A DNA stretch of 62,846 nucleotides, counting the filler, from Chrysochromulina tobinii (lineage: Eukaryota): NCBI GenBank assembly GCA_001275005.1. It is 5 parts of 5 records of this genome, joined end to end, with 100 filler letters (N's around TTAATTAATTAA, not from the genome) between each part and the next. Parts side by side here need not be neighbours in the genome. Positions count along the whole stretch, not along the records: positions 40,803 to 50,803 come from JWZX01001262.1; 4 more parts are not named here. One strand, 5' to 3'. How positions within the stretch are numbered: the stretch's first letter is position 1; each line of letters opens with the position of its first letter. The translations under genes were made by a program, and so were the position numbers. The notes below the pieces were generated by a model. It saw only the letters and a list, made by a program, of their open reading frames with translations. It had not been told where the DNA came from and did no database searches. Below, piece after piece: positions 40,703-50,903 of the stretch.

Positions 40703-40802
40703 NNNNNNNNNNNNNNNNNNNNNNNNNNNNNNNNNNNNNNNNNNNNTTAATTAATTAANNNNNNNNNNNNNNNNNNNNNNNNNNNNNNNNNNNNNNNNNN
40801 NN
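40703..40802. other. Artificial contig linker
   Basis: N44-TTAATTAATTAA-N44. Confidence 0.99.
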
Positions 40803-41125
40803 CAGACTCCCCTCTTCTCTCCTTCTCCTTCCTTTCCCTTCTCCTTTTTTTCTTTTATTTCTCCAACCGTTAGAAAAACGCCGCCGGTTTTCGCTTCTGG
40901 GAGAGAAACCCGATCTAACAGGTTCTTTTTGGGTCCCCAGTGGTGTCCGACCGAGCTAACATTATGTACGTACTAGCCCCTACAACCCGCCGCCGGCTAC
41001 CCACACCCGTACAATCTAAAACGACCGAGGCTTTTGGACAGGCGGGTATGCTTTCACAGCATGGTTCTCAATTTTCATAAACGTAGCACCGGTTGTCGCG
41101 GCTGTCGTGTTTACGTTCACAGCCA

Positions 41126-42169
41126 ATGATCGTTCACACGACCCGACCGGGCTCAGAAATTCTCTCCCCCTTCATCATCGCCTTCATCGCCTTCATCATC
41201 GCCTCCGCCATGGGTCGCAATGCCGCCGCCAATATCGCCGTGGTGAGCCGCCGGGTCTCTCTGCGGAGCAGCGCCCGACTGACAGCCTTGGAGCCTCTGC
41301 CGCTCCCAGCTGCATCGGCGAAGCGGAGCTCTGCGTCAACAGCCGAGTCAGAAGATCAGCCCGTGGAGAAGAAGACGAAGAAGGCGCGCGTACCAAAGTC
41401 CGCTGCGGCCGTGGATGCCAAAGAACTGCCGGCGCATGCCTCACGAGCCAGAGAAGAGGCCGCCTGGGTTCGTAAGACTTTTGTGGTCGGGTGTGATGAG
41501 GCCGGGCGTGGGCCGCTCGCCGGCCCGGTTGTCGCTGCCGCGTGCTCGCTGCCCGCCGACGTCGACCCCATCCCAGGCGTGGGTGACTCCAAGACCATCA
41601 CCGATGAAGCTGAGCGCGAGGCGCTGTACGACAAGATTGTGAACACGCCTGGCGTGGTATGGTCTGCCCGCGTCGTGAGCGCTTCCCGCATCGACGAGGT
41701 TAATATTCTGATGGCGTCGCTCGAGGCGATGCGCCTCTCGGTGGTCGACGTGCTGCAGCAAGCGCAGCCCAAGGAGGCCCTCGCGCTCATCGACGGCCCC
41801 TTTTCGCCCTGGAAGGAAGGCGTCAAGTATGCTGACTTCCAACTTCCAGCCCCACCGCCATCCGTCTCGCTGAAGGTGGAGCCGATCAAGGGCGGCGACG
41901 CCAAGGTGTACTGCATCGCGGCCGCCTCCATTCTCGCCAAGGTGACGCGGGATCGGCTCATGCATGCCCTTCACACAGAGTGGCCTCAGTATGGCTGGTC
42001 CAATAACAAAGGGTACCCCACCGCAGAGCACGTGGCTGCTATTGCCAAGCACGGCGCTTGTGCCGCACACCGCCGCAGCTTCGCCCCGCTCAAGACGAAG
42101 GGGCTGGCGCCGCCAACGGAAGCTGAGATGATGCACATTGAAGAGCTGTGCGCGAGAGCACAACCATGA
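41126..42169 (+). CDS. rnhB: Ribonuclease HII, bacterial-type, with an N-terminal extension (alternative ATG at 41210)
   Basis: GCDEAGRGPLAGPVVAAA, DSK, IDEVNIL, LIDG, KGGD...IAAASILAKVTRDRLM, YGW..NKGYPT..H and HRRSF. Confidence 0.93.
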   Translation: MIVHTTRPGSEILSPFIIAFIAFIIASAMGRNAAANIAVVSRRVSLRSSARLTALEPLPLPAASAKRSSASTAESEDQPVEKKTKKARVPKSAAAVDAKELPAHASRAREEAAWVRKTFVVGCDEAGRGPLAGPVVAAACSLPADVDPIPGVGDSKTITDEAEREALYDKIVNTPGVVWSARVVSASRIDEVNILMASLEAMRLSVVDVLQQAQPKEALALIDGPFSPWKEGVKYADFQLPAPPPSVSLKVEPIKGGDAKVYCIAAASILAKVTRDRLMHALHTEWPQYGWSNNKGYPTAEHVAAIAKHGACAAHRRSFAPLKTKGLAPPTEAEMMHIEELCARAQP

Positions 42170-42584
42170 ACGTGGGCCATCGTGGAGGTGGTGCAGCTCT
42201 CTGGCCAAGAGCATCAGGGCATGGCATCGAGGCAAGGCAGCTGTTCCTAGACGCTAGACGGAGCCGAGCTCTCTGGAGTACGCCGCTCTGGACTGCTCTC
42301 ACGTCTCGCAGCCAGAGAGAGAGACGAGACTCTGGGTCTGGCCTATTTTGACGTACCGTCTCTAGTTAATTAGGTTCGCTATTGAGTGTGGACTTATACA
42401 TGTACCGCCTCGATGGCATCCGGCCCGGTTCGCGCCACGCAGCACGCCGAGCACGGTGTGCACGCGACGACCCGGCCAACCGGGCCGGAACCGGCAACCG
42501 CGCGGCGCCATGGCATCCCTCGCGCCCTCCCCCGCTGGCGCTGCACTGCGCCGCGCGTTAGGCCGCACCTCACCTTGGGACCTG

Positions 42585-45500
42585 TCAGCTCGCACACTCG
42601 CGCCCCACGCACGTGAGGGTAAACCCGTCGGGCAGGTCATCGGGCAGCGGGAACAAGTTGAGCTCATTGGCGGAGCTGCGCGCGCGGCTCACGAGGCGAG
42701 CGGGAAGCTGGATCATTCGGTGCGCCACCGATGAGTGCGCGCCGTCGGATGACGCGGCCATAGCAGCGGCCGCGTGGTACAGATGTGACGCGTGGTACCA
42801 GGAGGGGGGGGTGAGCGCGTCGAGGAGCCGGCGGCAAGCGTGGCACGGCGGACCGTCGTCGGGGCCACAATCGCCATCGGAGCCCGGGATGGCACTTGCG
42901 CCCTTGTAGCGTCCGCAATAGAGGATCTCGGAAAACGCGGCGTTCGAGCCCCAGCTGACGGCATCGCCGTCGTCGTTGACAAGGCTTGCGAGGAACCGAT
43001 CGCACGAGGGGCATGCAGGGCCGCTCGTCGGGCCGCAGACGCCGTCTGAGCCGGGGATGGCATCGCCACCGAGTCGGCGCCCGCAGTAGACGGTCCTCCG
43101 GCCGTCGTGGCGCGTACCCGCGAGCTCGTCGTTGCCGAGGGCTACCGGTGCACCCTCATCATTCAACGGTCCCGCGCGCGCGTCGATGATCGCTGAGACG
43201 CCGTTGATGGCTGGCTTGTCCATCCCGGCTGTCGGGTCGCCCTTGGCGTGAGCATCGAATCTGCCGGTGAGGTTTGCCAGTCGTACGAGGACGAGGGCGC
43301 GACGCCACCGCTCGCTGGGCGAGAAGCTCGACACGACGACATTGGAACCCACCTGGGATCCTCCCTCCGAGAGCTCCTCCTCATTGCCGCTCAGAGGGTC
43401 GGATGCCTCGTCCATCGCCTCGGAGCCATCATCTTCTCGTGCCTCGCCTGAAGTGGCCGAGCTCCATCCGAGCTCGATCTCAATCTCGAAGCCCTCCTTG
43501 TCCCCGTTCGACGCCTGCAGCGCCGCCAGAAAGGCCGAGGCCGAGGGGGCCCTATTCACCCCAAGCGCCGTCTCGAGCTCGATCATCTCCTCTTCCCGAA
43601 GCTCGGCCTCGAGCTCACGCAGCCGTGAGATTGCAATCTCCTCTGAGACTGCAATCTCCTCTTCGCGGAGCACACGCTGCCGTCCCTTAGCCTCGGGCTC
43701 CCTGTCTACCGCGGCCGCTCGCCGCTCCGCCTCGGCCTCAGCAGCAGATGGCAGTGGCGGAGCGGGCATGCCGTCGGCAGCTGCCTCTTCTTGCGTCGGC
43801 TTAGCGTCACTCGCCGTAAGCGCTCTTCTGGCCGAGGGCGCATCAGGCCTCGAATGCACCGCCTTGGGCGCTCCTGCCTTAATTCCTGCCTCTCTACTAG
43901 CCTTTGAGAGGTTCTCCGAAAGACTCCGCTTCGCCTCTGGCCTGGGTTGGAGGTCAGGGCGTGTCGTCGCCGTGCCGGCCGCATCCAGTGTCGTCGCCAG
44001 GTTGAGGGCAACATGCTCAGCCGTACCTGGGCCCGTCTTTTGAGATTCCGCCGTCAGTGTCGTGTCTCTTGAGCTGCTGGAGCTTGCACTCGCGCGCTCC
44101 AGCTCGTCCTCGTAATCGTCACTGGTGGGCGCCGTCCTGTGTGCCCTTTCGAACCCAAGCAGCCTCTCGAGCTCTCTCATCTTGCCGCCCCCAAGTACCC
44201 TCTCGAGCTCGAGCAGCTGCGCCTCGTCGGCCGCCTCGGTGACGGCTTGCATGTCCTTCGCATTCTGAGTCGCCTTCTCTGCAGACGCCCTCTCTGCAGC
44301 ATGTTTCTCTGCCATCGCCGCATCTGCTGCAGCCGCCGCCTCTGCAGCCGCCGCCTCTGCCGCCGCCCGCTCCGCCTCTAATTTGGCTTCTTTGACGAGT
44401 TTAGCAAGGATCTTCGCCTCTGCGACGCGCTCCTCCTCCTCACATTCCTCCTGTGCGCAACTTGCCGCCGCCACCGCAACCTTCTCGGCCGCCGCCGCCT
44501 CCTCCGCCGCCCTCTCGGCCGCCGCCGCCTCCTCTGCCGCCCTCTCGGCCGCCGCCCTCTCGGCCGCCGCCTCCTCCTTGGCCGCCCTTTCGGCCGCCGC
44601 CCTCTCGGCCGCCGCCTCCTCCTCCGCCGCCCTCTCGGCCGCCGCCCTCTCGGCCGCCGCCCTCTCGGCCGCCGCCCTCTCGGCCGCCGCCCTCTCGGCT
44701 GCCGCCCTCTCGACCGCCGCCTTCTTTGCCGCCGCTTTCTCTGTTGCCGCGCGCGCTGCGGCTGCAAAGAAGGCTGCGTTGTCCCGGCGTGCCTCGGCAG
44801 CCTTGCGTGCAGCCTCCTTGGCCTCCGCCTCCTTGGCCGCCGCGGCTTGGGCTTCGAGACGATCCGCCTCCACTCGCTCCTCTGCCTCCGCACATGCCTC
44901 CGCTGCCTCCTTCTCTGCCCTTTTTAGGGCCTCCATGGCCTCCTTCTCCTTGGCCTCCATGGCCTCCTTCTCCGCCTCCGTCTTTACCTCTCTTGCATCC
45001 TTCTCTGCCTTCTTCTTTGCCTCGTCCACCTCCTTCCCCGCTCTTTTCGCCTCCTCTGCAGCCACCTTGCCTGCTTTTTTCTTGGCCTCCGAGTCCGCCT
45101 GCTTGGTCAGCTCTTCTGTAAGCCCTTGGGTCTCCTCCTGCCTCTCCTCCGCCTCCTGCTTCTGAGTCAGCTTATCAAGCGAGCGGCTCTTTGGGTGCTG
45201 CTGCTGCGCCTCCTTGGCCCTCTGTGCCTCAAATCGCTTCTCCGCCTTGAGCGCCTCCGCCTCCGCCTTCGCCCTCGCCCCATCCGCCTTAGCAGCTTGC
45301 TTGGCGGCGGCGGCTTGAGCGTGCGACGCTTCCTCGGCCGCCGCCTTCTCGGCCGCCGCCCTCTCGGCCGCCGCCCTCTCGGCTGCCGCCTTCTCGGCCG
45401 CCGCCTCCTCCTCCGCCGCCCTCTCGGCCGCCGCCCTCTCGGCCGCCGCCCTTTCGGCCGCCGCCGACCTCTCGGCCGCCGACCTCTCGGCTGCCGCCTT

Positions 45501-46938
45501 CTCGGCTGCCGCCCTCCTCCTCCGCCGCCCTCTCGGCCGCCGCCCTCTCGGCCGCCGCCCTCTCGGCTGCCGCCCTCTCGACCGCCGCCTTCTTTGCCGC
45601 CGCCTTCTCTGTCGCCGCGCGCGCTGCGGCTGCAAAGAAGGCTGCGTTGTCCCGGCGTGCCTCGGCAGCCTTGCGTGCAGCCTCCTTGGCCTCCGCCTCC
45701 TCGGTCGCCGCGGCTTGGGCTTCGAGACGCTCCGCCTCCGCCCGAGCGCGCGTGTGCTCAACGGCTACGGAGGCACACCTCGCCTCCGCCTCCTGCTTCC
45801 GTGTCAGCTTATCAAGCGAGCGGCTCTTTGGGTGCTGCTGCTGCGCCTCCTCGGCCCTCTGTGCCTCAAATCGCTCCTCCGCCTTGAGCGCCTCCGCTTC
45901 CGCCTTGGCCCGCGCCTCATCCGCCTTAGCAGCTTGCTTGGCGGTGGCGGCGGCTTGAGCATGCGACGCTCCATGCTGTTTTTCGACCGGCGGCGGAGTC
46001 ACACTCCGACTCCAAGGAAAGGAGCTTTTCTCGGCCGCACGGACGCTCTTCTCCGCCGCACGTGCGAGTTTCTCCGCTCTCGCGGCCGCTTCAGCGGCCT
46101 GCCTCATCTCCGCGTCCTCGAGCGCGAGGTTCTCCGCTCTCGCCGTCGTCATTGCGTTTTGTGCCGAGTCAGAGGCATCGTCAGGCAATGGCACCTTGTC
46201 CCCGTCGACGGGGGGCTGGATCGCTTCGTATTCCTCCTGCTCGTCGGCGTCCAGCTCATCGAACTCCGCTTGGCACAGGTCGTAGTTCTTGCCGCGCAGG
46301 TGGTAGCGCATGCCCACGATCGGGTGCATGCCTGACCGATCGCAAATGATGCTCGGGTGGAAGCCCTGGTTGTAGAGAATGGCGGGCGCTGGAACGGGCG
46401 GGGGCGCGGCTGCCTCCTGGTTCGTGGGCATCAAGAAGGAGAAGAATGACGAGATCTCGGGCGACGGCATCTGCACATTCGTTAGCGAAGAATTTAGCGA
46501 AGTATCCGGCTTGATCGTTTTGAGCACCAGTTGCGAAGGCTCCTCGAGCTCTTGCTCCTCGTCGCCTTCATGATTGTCATTCTCGAGGGCATCAAGGAGG
46601 CGCTGGAGAAGCGCATCTTTGCTCCCTGTGGTCAGGAGGCCCAAGCCTTGGAGCCGCTCCTGCAGTTCAGCCTTTGAGACACCCTCGAGCTCCTCATGGA
46701 TCTCCCACTCTCCCACAGAGCTTCCGCTGTGCACACTTTCGGAGCCGGCAGATGCCAGTTGAGCGGACGAGGGCGTTCTAGATAGGAGAAAGCGGCGGAG
46801 CTCCACAACCTGCTCTTCCTCTTCTCGCCACATGGACGACGAAGACCCTGCCTGCGTTGGGGTGATGCAACCCGGGCAGCCTTCGGCGGTGCTTTTGGGT
46901 CTTGTGCCTGCTTTTCGACCGAGCCACATCCGCCACAT
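42585..46938 (-). CDS. Large SAP + ZZ-like zinc finger + (AAAER)n coiled-coil + 2x Cys-rich repeat protein; one apparent frameshift near 45512
   Basis: [32 protein letters not shown]-like: [20 protein letters not shown]...YDLCQAEF. Two copies of N.dG..V..G...YCGR..G..AIPGSDG.CGP..GP.C..C. ORFs 45289-46938 and 42585-45761 join across an indel in the repeat tract. Confidence 0.7.
44480..45970 (-). repeat. 15-nt GCGGCGGCCGAGAGG (AAAER) arrays plus two internally duplicated ~170-nt blocks
   Basis: Block [30 protein letters not shown] occurs at ~45790-45970 and ~45150-45330. Block [30 protein letters not shown] occurs at ~45570-45740 and ~44700-44870. Confidence 0.9.
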
Positions 46939-47939
46939 TGGCCTCCGCGTCCTCCGCTACAGCCACCCTGATTTGGGACTAATTTGGGACGCTTCGGGTT
47001 TTGTGCGAGGTCGCCGCGCATGCATTGGGATGAAGAGAGAGTATGTAACTGACCAAGCTACCTACACATTGGCAGGACCCCCCATGAAGAGGGGGGACAA
47101 TGTACAATTGAAAGGGGGTAGGGCGATTTTGCAGGAAGATGCGGGCGATCTAAAGCACGGCTTGTTTCGAGGAGCATGTTGAAGTGATTTAGAGGTGATT
47201 ATACCCACAGCTCGCCGCCTCTGCCTGAACCTTTAGCTGATACATATAGCTCAGGCCAACTCAACCGCTGTCTGGTCCGAGTGGCAGAACATGAGCAGAC
47301 TGACTCACAGACCAGGAAGATGAGCGTGGGAAGTCGGTTTATTCGTCCCTCGCTCGTCATCTCCCCAATGTCACACATGAGGTGCAATCGTATGTAATCA
47401 CAGACGCAATCGGACGCAATCAACATGCCTATGCATTGTGTTTGGCGTCCTTTCGTGTTACACCGTGTTTTGGGAGGGCCCTTTCAGGGCCTGTGTTTTG
47501 TGTGTTTGTGTTTTGGGCCGCGGCCGGTACAAGCGTACAACGGACCTCTGTGTTTACTTAGTGTTTACTGTTTTGTATAAAATTCGTGTTTTGGGAGACC
47601 TATTTGGCAGACCCCTCCCAAAACACAGGGACCACAGGGGGCGGAGGCAACAATTGGCCCTGCATGCGGCATAATATCCACATCGCTAGTACGCTTGGAA
47701 AGAAAGGGGGGGGGGGAAGTAAGTGCACGCGCTCACGCGTGCGTTGCCTTGGGCCGGTGAGTGTGGCCTTCGGTCGGCCGAAGATGAGAGCGTCTGGGGA
47801 CACGCTGGTGCCGGTAGGCCCTCTTCCAATTTTGCATGCACTTCATTTTTCAGACCCCTTAACCGTTCCTACAAGAGGGGTTTTTGGGGAGCGCCCACGG
47901 GGCAACTCCCGTTTCGATTTCTGCTCTCCGAGTTGTCGA

Positions 47940-48992
47940 ATGTCGCACGCTAAGCCGGAGCTGAGCTGGTGTGCTCCAGATAGCATCGCACAGGCGCAGC
48001 TGATCAAGAGCTGCTCAAAGGAGAGCACTTGGACACGCTTGATTCGGCCAGACCCGAGGACGGCGGATGTGGTCATGCTCAACATCGGAGCAAATAAGGG
48101 CTACGAAATCGCGGAGTTCTTTCAGCGGCACGCACCTCACCGCGGCATCACCAATCGAATATGGTACTCCGAGATAGTAAATTACGCGAATCTCACGCAC
48201 TCAAAGCATTTGAGGTGGTCGGCTCCTGGGGGGTGCAAAGACTACCGCAATTCCAAGCCTTCTTGGGCCACTGACTTGCCGAGCGGTCAGCGCCTTCGCG
48301 TGCACGCGTTTGAGCTTAACCAGCGGACATCCGCGCTCCTCACCCACCTGGCGAGCTCCTTTAACCTCTCTGATATGGTTACGGTCCATCGCCAGCCGGT
48401 GTCCGACGTCAGCGGACCAGTGTGCGTACATCAAGGGCCCGCCGGCTTTGAGAAAGGCGGAATCCGTACGGTAGCTGCGGCAAGGTGCTCTGAATATCTA
48501 AACGCAACTTCCATCGATTCCTTTCTGCGACGTACGTCTTTCAGCCACGTCTTTCAGCTTGTGGTTGACACCGAAGGTCATGACGCTGCCGTGCTCATGG
48601 GAATGCGCCAGAGCCTTCGGGAGCGTCGGATTCGTATCTTGCAATTTGAATACTCCGGCAGATGGCCAGTCGAACCCAAGGAGTGCAAGCTGAGAAGCCT
48701 AGACGCACACTACCCGGTGGCCTGCAAGAAGCCTAGCCGCACACTTGGCAGCACCGTGCGCTGGATGTGGGAGGAAGCAGGATACGCCTGCTACTTCACG
48801 GGCGCCCAAGACGGCGCCATGATACCGATCTCGAATGCATGCTGGCGGCCGGAGCTTGAGGTGCGCCGTTGGAGCGATGTGCTGTGCGCTCATCAGCAGG
48901 GCGACATTGACGTGCTCTCTGAGCTTTCCGCGAGCGCTTTTGCCCGGAGGGGAGCGCGCGGAGGACCACGGGCACAGCTTCAAAACAAATGA
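47940..48992 (+). CDS. FkbM-family (Methyltransf_21) SAM-dependent methyltransferase; true start uncertain
   Basis: MLNIGANKGY, VHAFE, TSIDSF, VVDTEGHDAAVLMG and LQFEY. Confidence 0.82.
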   Translation: MSHAKPELSWCAPDSIAQAQLIKSCSKESTWTRLIRPDPRTADVVMLNIGANKGYEIAEFFQRHAPHRGITNRIWYSEIVNYANLTHSKHLRWSAPGGCKDYRNSKPSWATDLPSGQRLRVHAFELNQRTSALLTHLASSFNLSDMVTVHRQPVSDVSGPVCVHQGPAGFEKGGIRTVAAARCSEYLNATSIDSFLRRTSFSHVFQLVVDTEGHDAAVLMGMRQSLRERRIRILQFEYSGRWPVEPKECKLRSLDAHYPVACKKPSRTLGSTVRWMWEEAGYACYFTGAQDGAMIPISNACWRPELEVRRWSDVLCAHQQGDIDVLSELSASAFARRGARGGPRAQLQNK

Positions 48993-49171
48993 CGGTGTGG
49001 GCTGCAGAAACTTCAGCTCCCCGCTATTGAAGAGGATGGGTACCGTATGTGTGTCCCGGCTCCCCGTTTTGATCCTTCCATAAACACGCTTTCTCAGTCA
49101 ACCAAGGACAACCACATGTTTCGAGCGAAATCGCCGTCCCTTTTCTCCTTCATGTGAACATTTTTTTCTGA

Positions 49172-50404
49172 ATGCGACGCGTCGCACAAGTCCAGCTGAG
49201 CGTCGTCGCTCTGCTCGCGACGGTCATGGTAGTGAGGCTAGTGGTCTACAGCGCATCGCAAACCACGTCTAGCTCCTTGGGCTTTGCCGGCAAAGTTGAT
49301 CCATACTCGAACACGGCAAATACACGTTCTCCTTTTTTAATTGAAGCAGACTCGCCGCCATCGCCACCGCCGCCGCCATCACCACCGCCGCCGCCGCCTC
49401 CTAAGCTAGCGGCCGATCAGTGCTATACGAAACCGCACACGGAGTACGACGGCCCAGTTGTCATTTGGGGCTCCAACAACATTCAGCAGACTGCCGCCGA
49501 TTGCTGCATGTCGTGCCGGAACCACCGTGCAAGCGTCGCGAGCGGCAGTTCCCAAGAGAAGGTGGGCTGCCAGCTGTGGGTGTGGTGCGGCGAAAAGGAC
49601 GGATGCGGCATCCCAAAGTTTGGCGAGTGCTGGGGCAAGGCAGGCTTCAAAGCTGGCGACGCAACGCCGTCACTGCGTGCAGCTGGCGAGGGTATTGCCT
49701 GGACATCTGGCGCCGTGTTCACCCCAGCTGAGGCGGCCTCTGTCGAGCAGGCAGAGGCGGATGCCGCGCGCAAGCTGGCCGAGCGTCGCGAGCGGCCAGG
49801 CAATCCGCGCGTCTTTTTCGACGTTGAGATCACGCCTGCTCCGACCGATGGGCGAACCGGCGCGGCGCTCGGGGGGCGTATAGAGTTTGCGCTGTACGCG
49901 CACGAGTCGCCTCGCGCGGCCGAGAATTTTCGCGCCATGTGCACCGGCGAGAAGGGCGGCCAGTACACGTACAAGGGCATGCGCTTCTATCGGATCATCG
50001 ACATGTTCATCGACCAGGGCGGCTCGAACTTTGTCAACTCCATCTGGGGCGGCGCCTTCGACGATGACCCCGGAGGGTTGGAACTGCGACACGACCGAGC
50101 TGGGCTGCTCAGTGCCGCCAACAGCGGGCCCGACACCAACTCGGGCCACTTCTCGATCGTCGTCGCGCCCGCGCCCCATTTGGACAAAAGCTATACGATC
50201 TTTGGAGAGGTGACCAAAGGCTGGGACGTCATGATGGCCATCAACAAGCTCGACAAGTTCGACAAGGGGCGTCAAGCCACGGTGGTCCGCGCGGGCTGTC
50301 TCTCGTCGTGCGAGCCGCGCCCGGACGTAGCCGCCAAGTGCAAGACCCGCGCGACGACTAAGCAAATGGTGCAACAGAGGATGATGTACAAATGTGTCGA
50401 CTGA
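49172..50404 (+). CDS. Type II membrane/secretory cyclophilin with a Pro-rich stalk and a PAN/Apple-like Cys domain
   Basis: N-terminal hydrophobic anchor and SPPPP stalk. Apple-like: C..HTEYDG..V.WG..ADCC.SC..C..WVWC..CW.K..WTSG. Cyclophilin: NPRVFFDV..SPRAAENFRAMCTGEKG..FYRII..QGG..LSAANSGPDTNSGHFSI..HLD..YTIFGEV. Confidence 0.9.
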   Translation: MRRVAQVQLSVVALLATVMVVRLVVYSASQTTSSSLGFAGKVDPYSNTANTRSPFLIEADSPPSPPPPPSPPPPPPPKLAADQCYTKPHTEYDGPVVIWGSNNIQQTAADCCMSCRNHRASVASGSSQEKVGCQLWVWCGEKDGCGIPKFGECWGKAGFKAGDATPSLRAAGEGIAWTSGAVFTPAEAASVEQAEADAARKLAERRERPGNPRVFFDVEITPAPTDGRTGAALGGRIEFALYAHESPRAAENFRAMCTGEKGGQYTYKGMRFYRIIDMFIDQGGSNFVNSIWGGAFDDDPGGLELRHDRAGLLSAANSGPDTNSGHFSIVVAPAPHLDKSYTIFGEVTKGWDVMMAINKLDKFDKGRQATVVRAGCLSSCEPRPDVAAKCKTRATTKQMVQQRMMYKCVD

Positions 50405-50653
50405 GCCACAGTCGACTCTCGTCTATCTCGTCTTCTCGTCTCTGACCCGGACTGATAGACGTGTGCGCGCAGCTCTGCGCTCTGTGGCTACTGTGCTCTC
50501 GAGCGGCCGCTCGGGCTTTCGAGGTACGGGCCGGACGCCGATACAGCACTGGTATAATGTCATCTTAACAACCGTTTTATTGTTATTTTATTGACCGTCT
50601 TAAAATGGTGAACATGAATCGTCTCCTTCACGCAACGCTTTTGACCTCACCAT

Positions 50654-50803
50654 CTAACCCGCTCGCAGCGTTCCCTGTATCTGACGGAGGAGGGCAAGTT
50701 TGTTTGTGTTGGGCGTCTTCCAGTCGTCCAGCAGGAGGCCTCCCGTGTCGCGGCTCGTGGGGTTGAGCGCCCAGTAAAAGGAGCCAATGCGGTGCTCAGA
50801 CAG
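50654..50803 (-). CDS. C-terminal 49-aa fragment of a GH5 (subfamily 1-like) endoglucanase, cut by the contig end; absent from the ORF track
   Basis: Reverse translation gives LSEHRIGSFYWALNPTSRDTGGLLLDDWKTPNTNKLALLRQIQGTLRAG*, matching the GH5 FYWxLNPxSxDTGGLLxDDW motif. Confidence 0.85.
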   Translation of the reverse strand: MSEHRIGSFYWALNPTSRDTGGLLLDDWKTPNTNKLALLRQIQGTLRAG

Positions 50804-50903
50804 NNNNNNNNNNNNNNNNNNNNNNNNNNNNNNNNNNNNNNNNNNNNTTAATTAATTAANNNNNNNNNNNNNNNNNNNNNNNNNNNNNNNNNNNNNNNNN
50901 NNN
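50804..50903. other. Artificial contig linker
   Basis: N44-TTAATTAATTAA-N44. Confidence 0.99.

Noticed and set aside
48792..48818. FTGAQDGA in the FkbM gene matches the kinase 39-nt repeat unit at DNA level (about 25 nt, 2 mismatches)
   Set aside because: The match is short, GC-rich, on a different contig and has no flanking similarity, so chance cannot be excluded.
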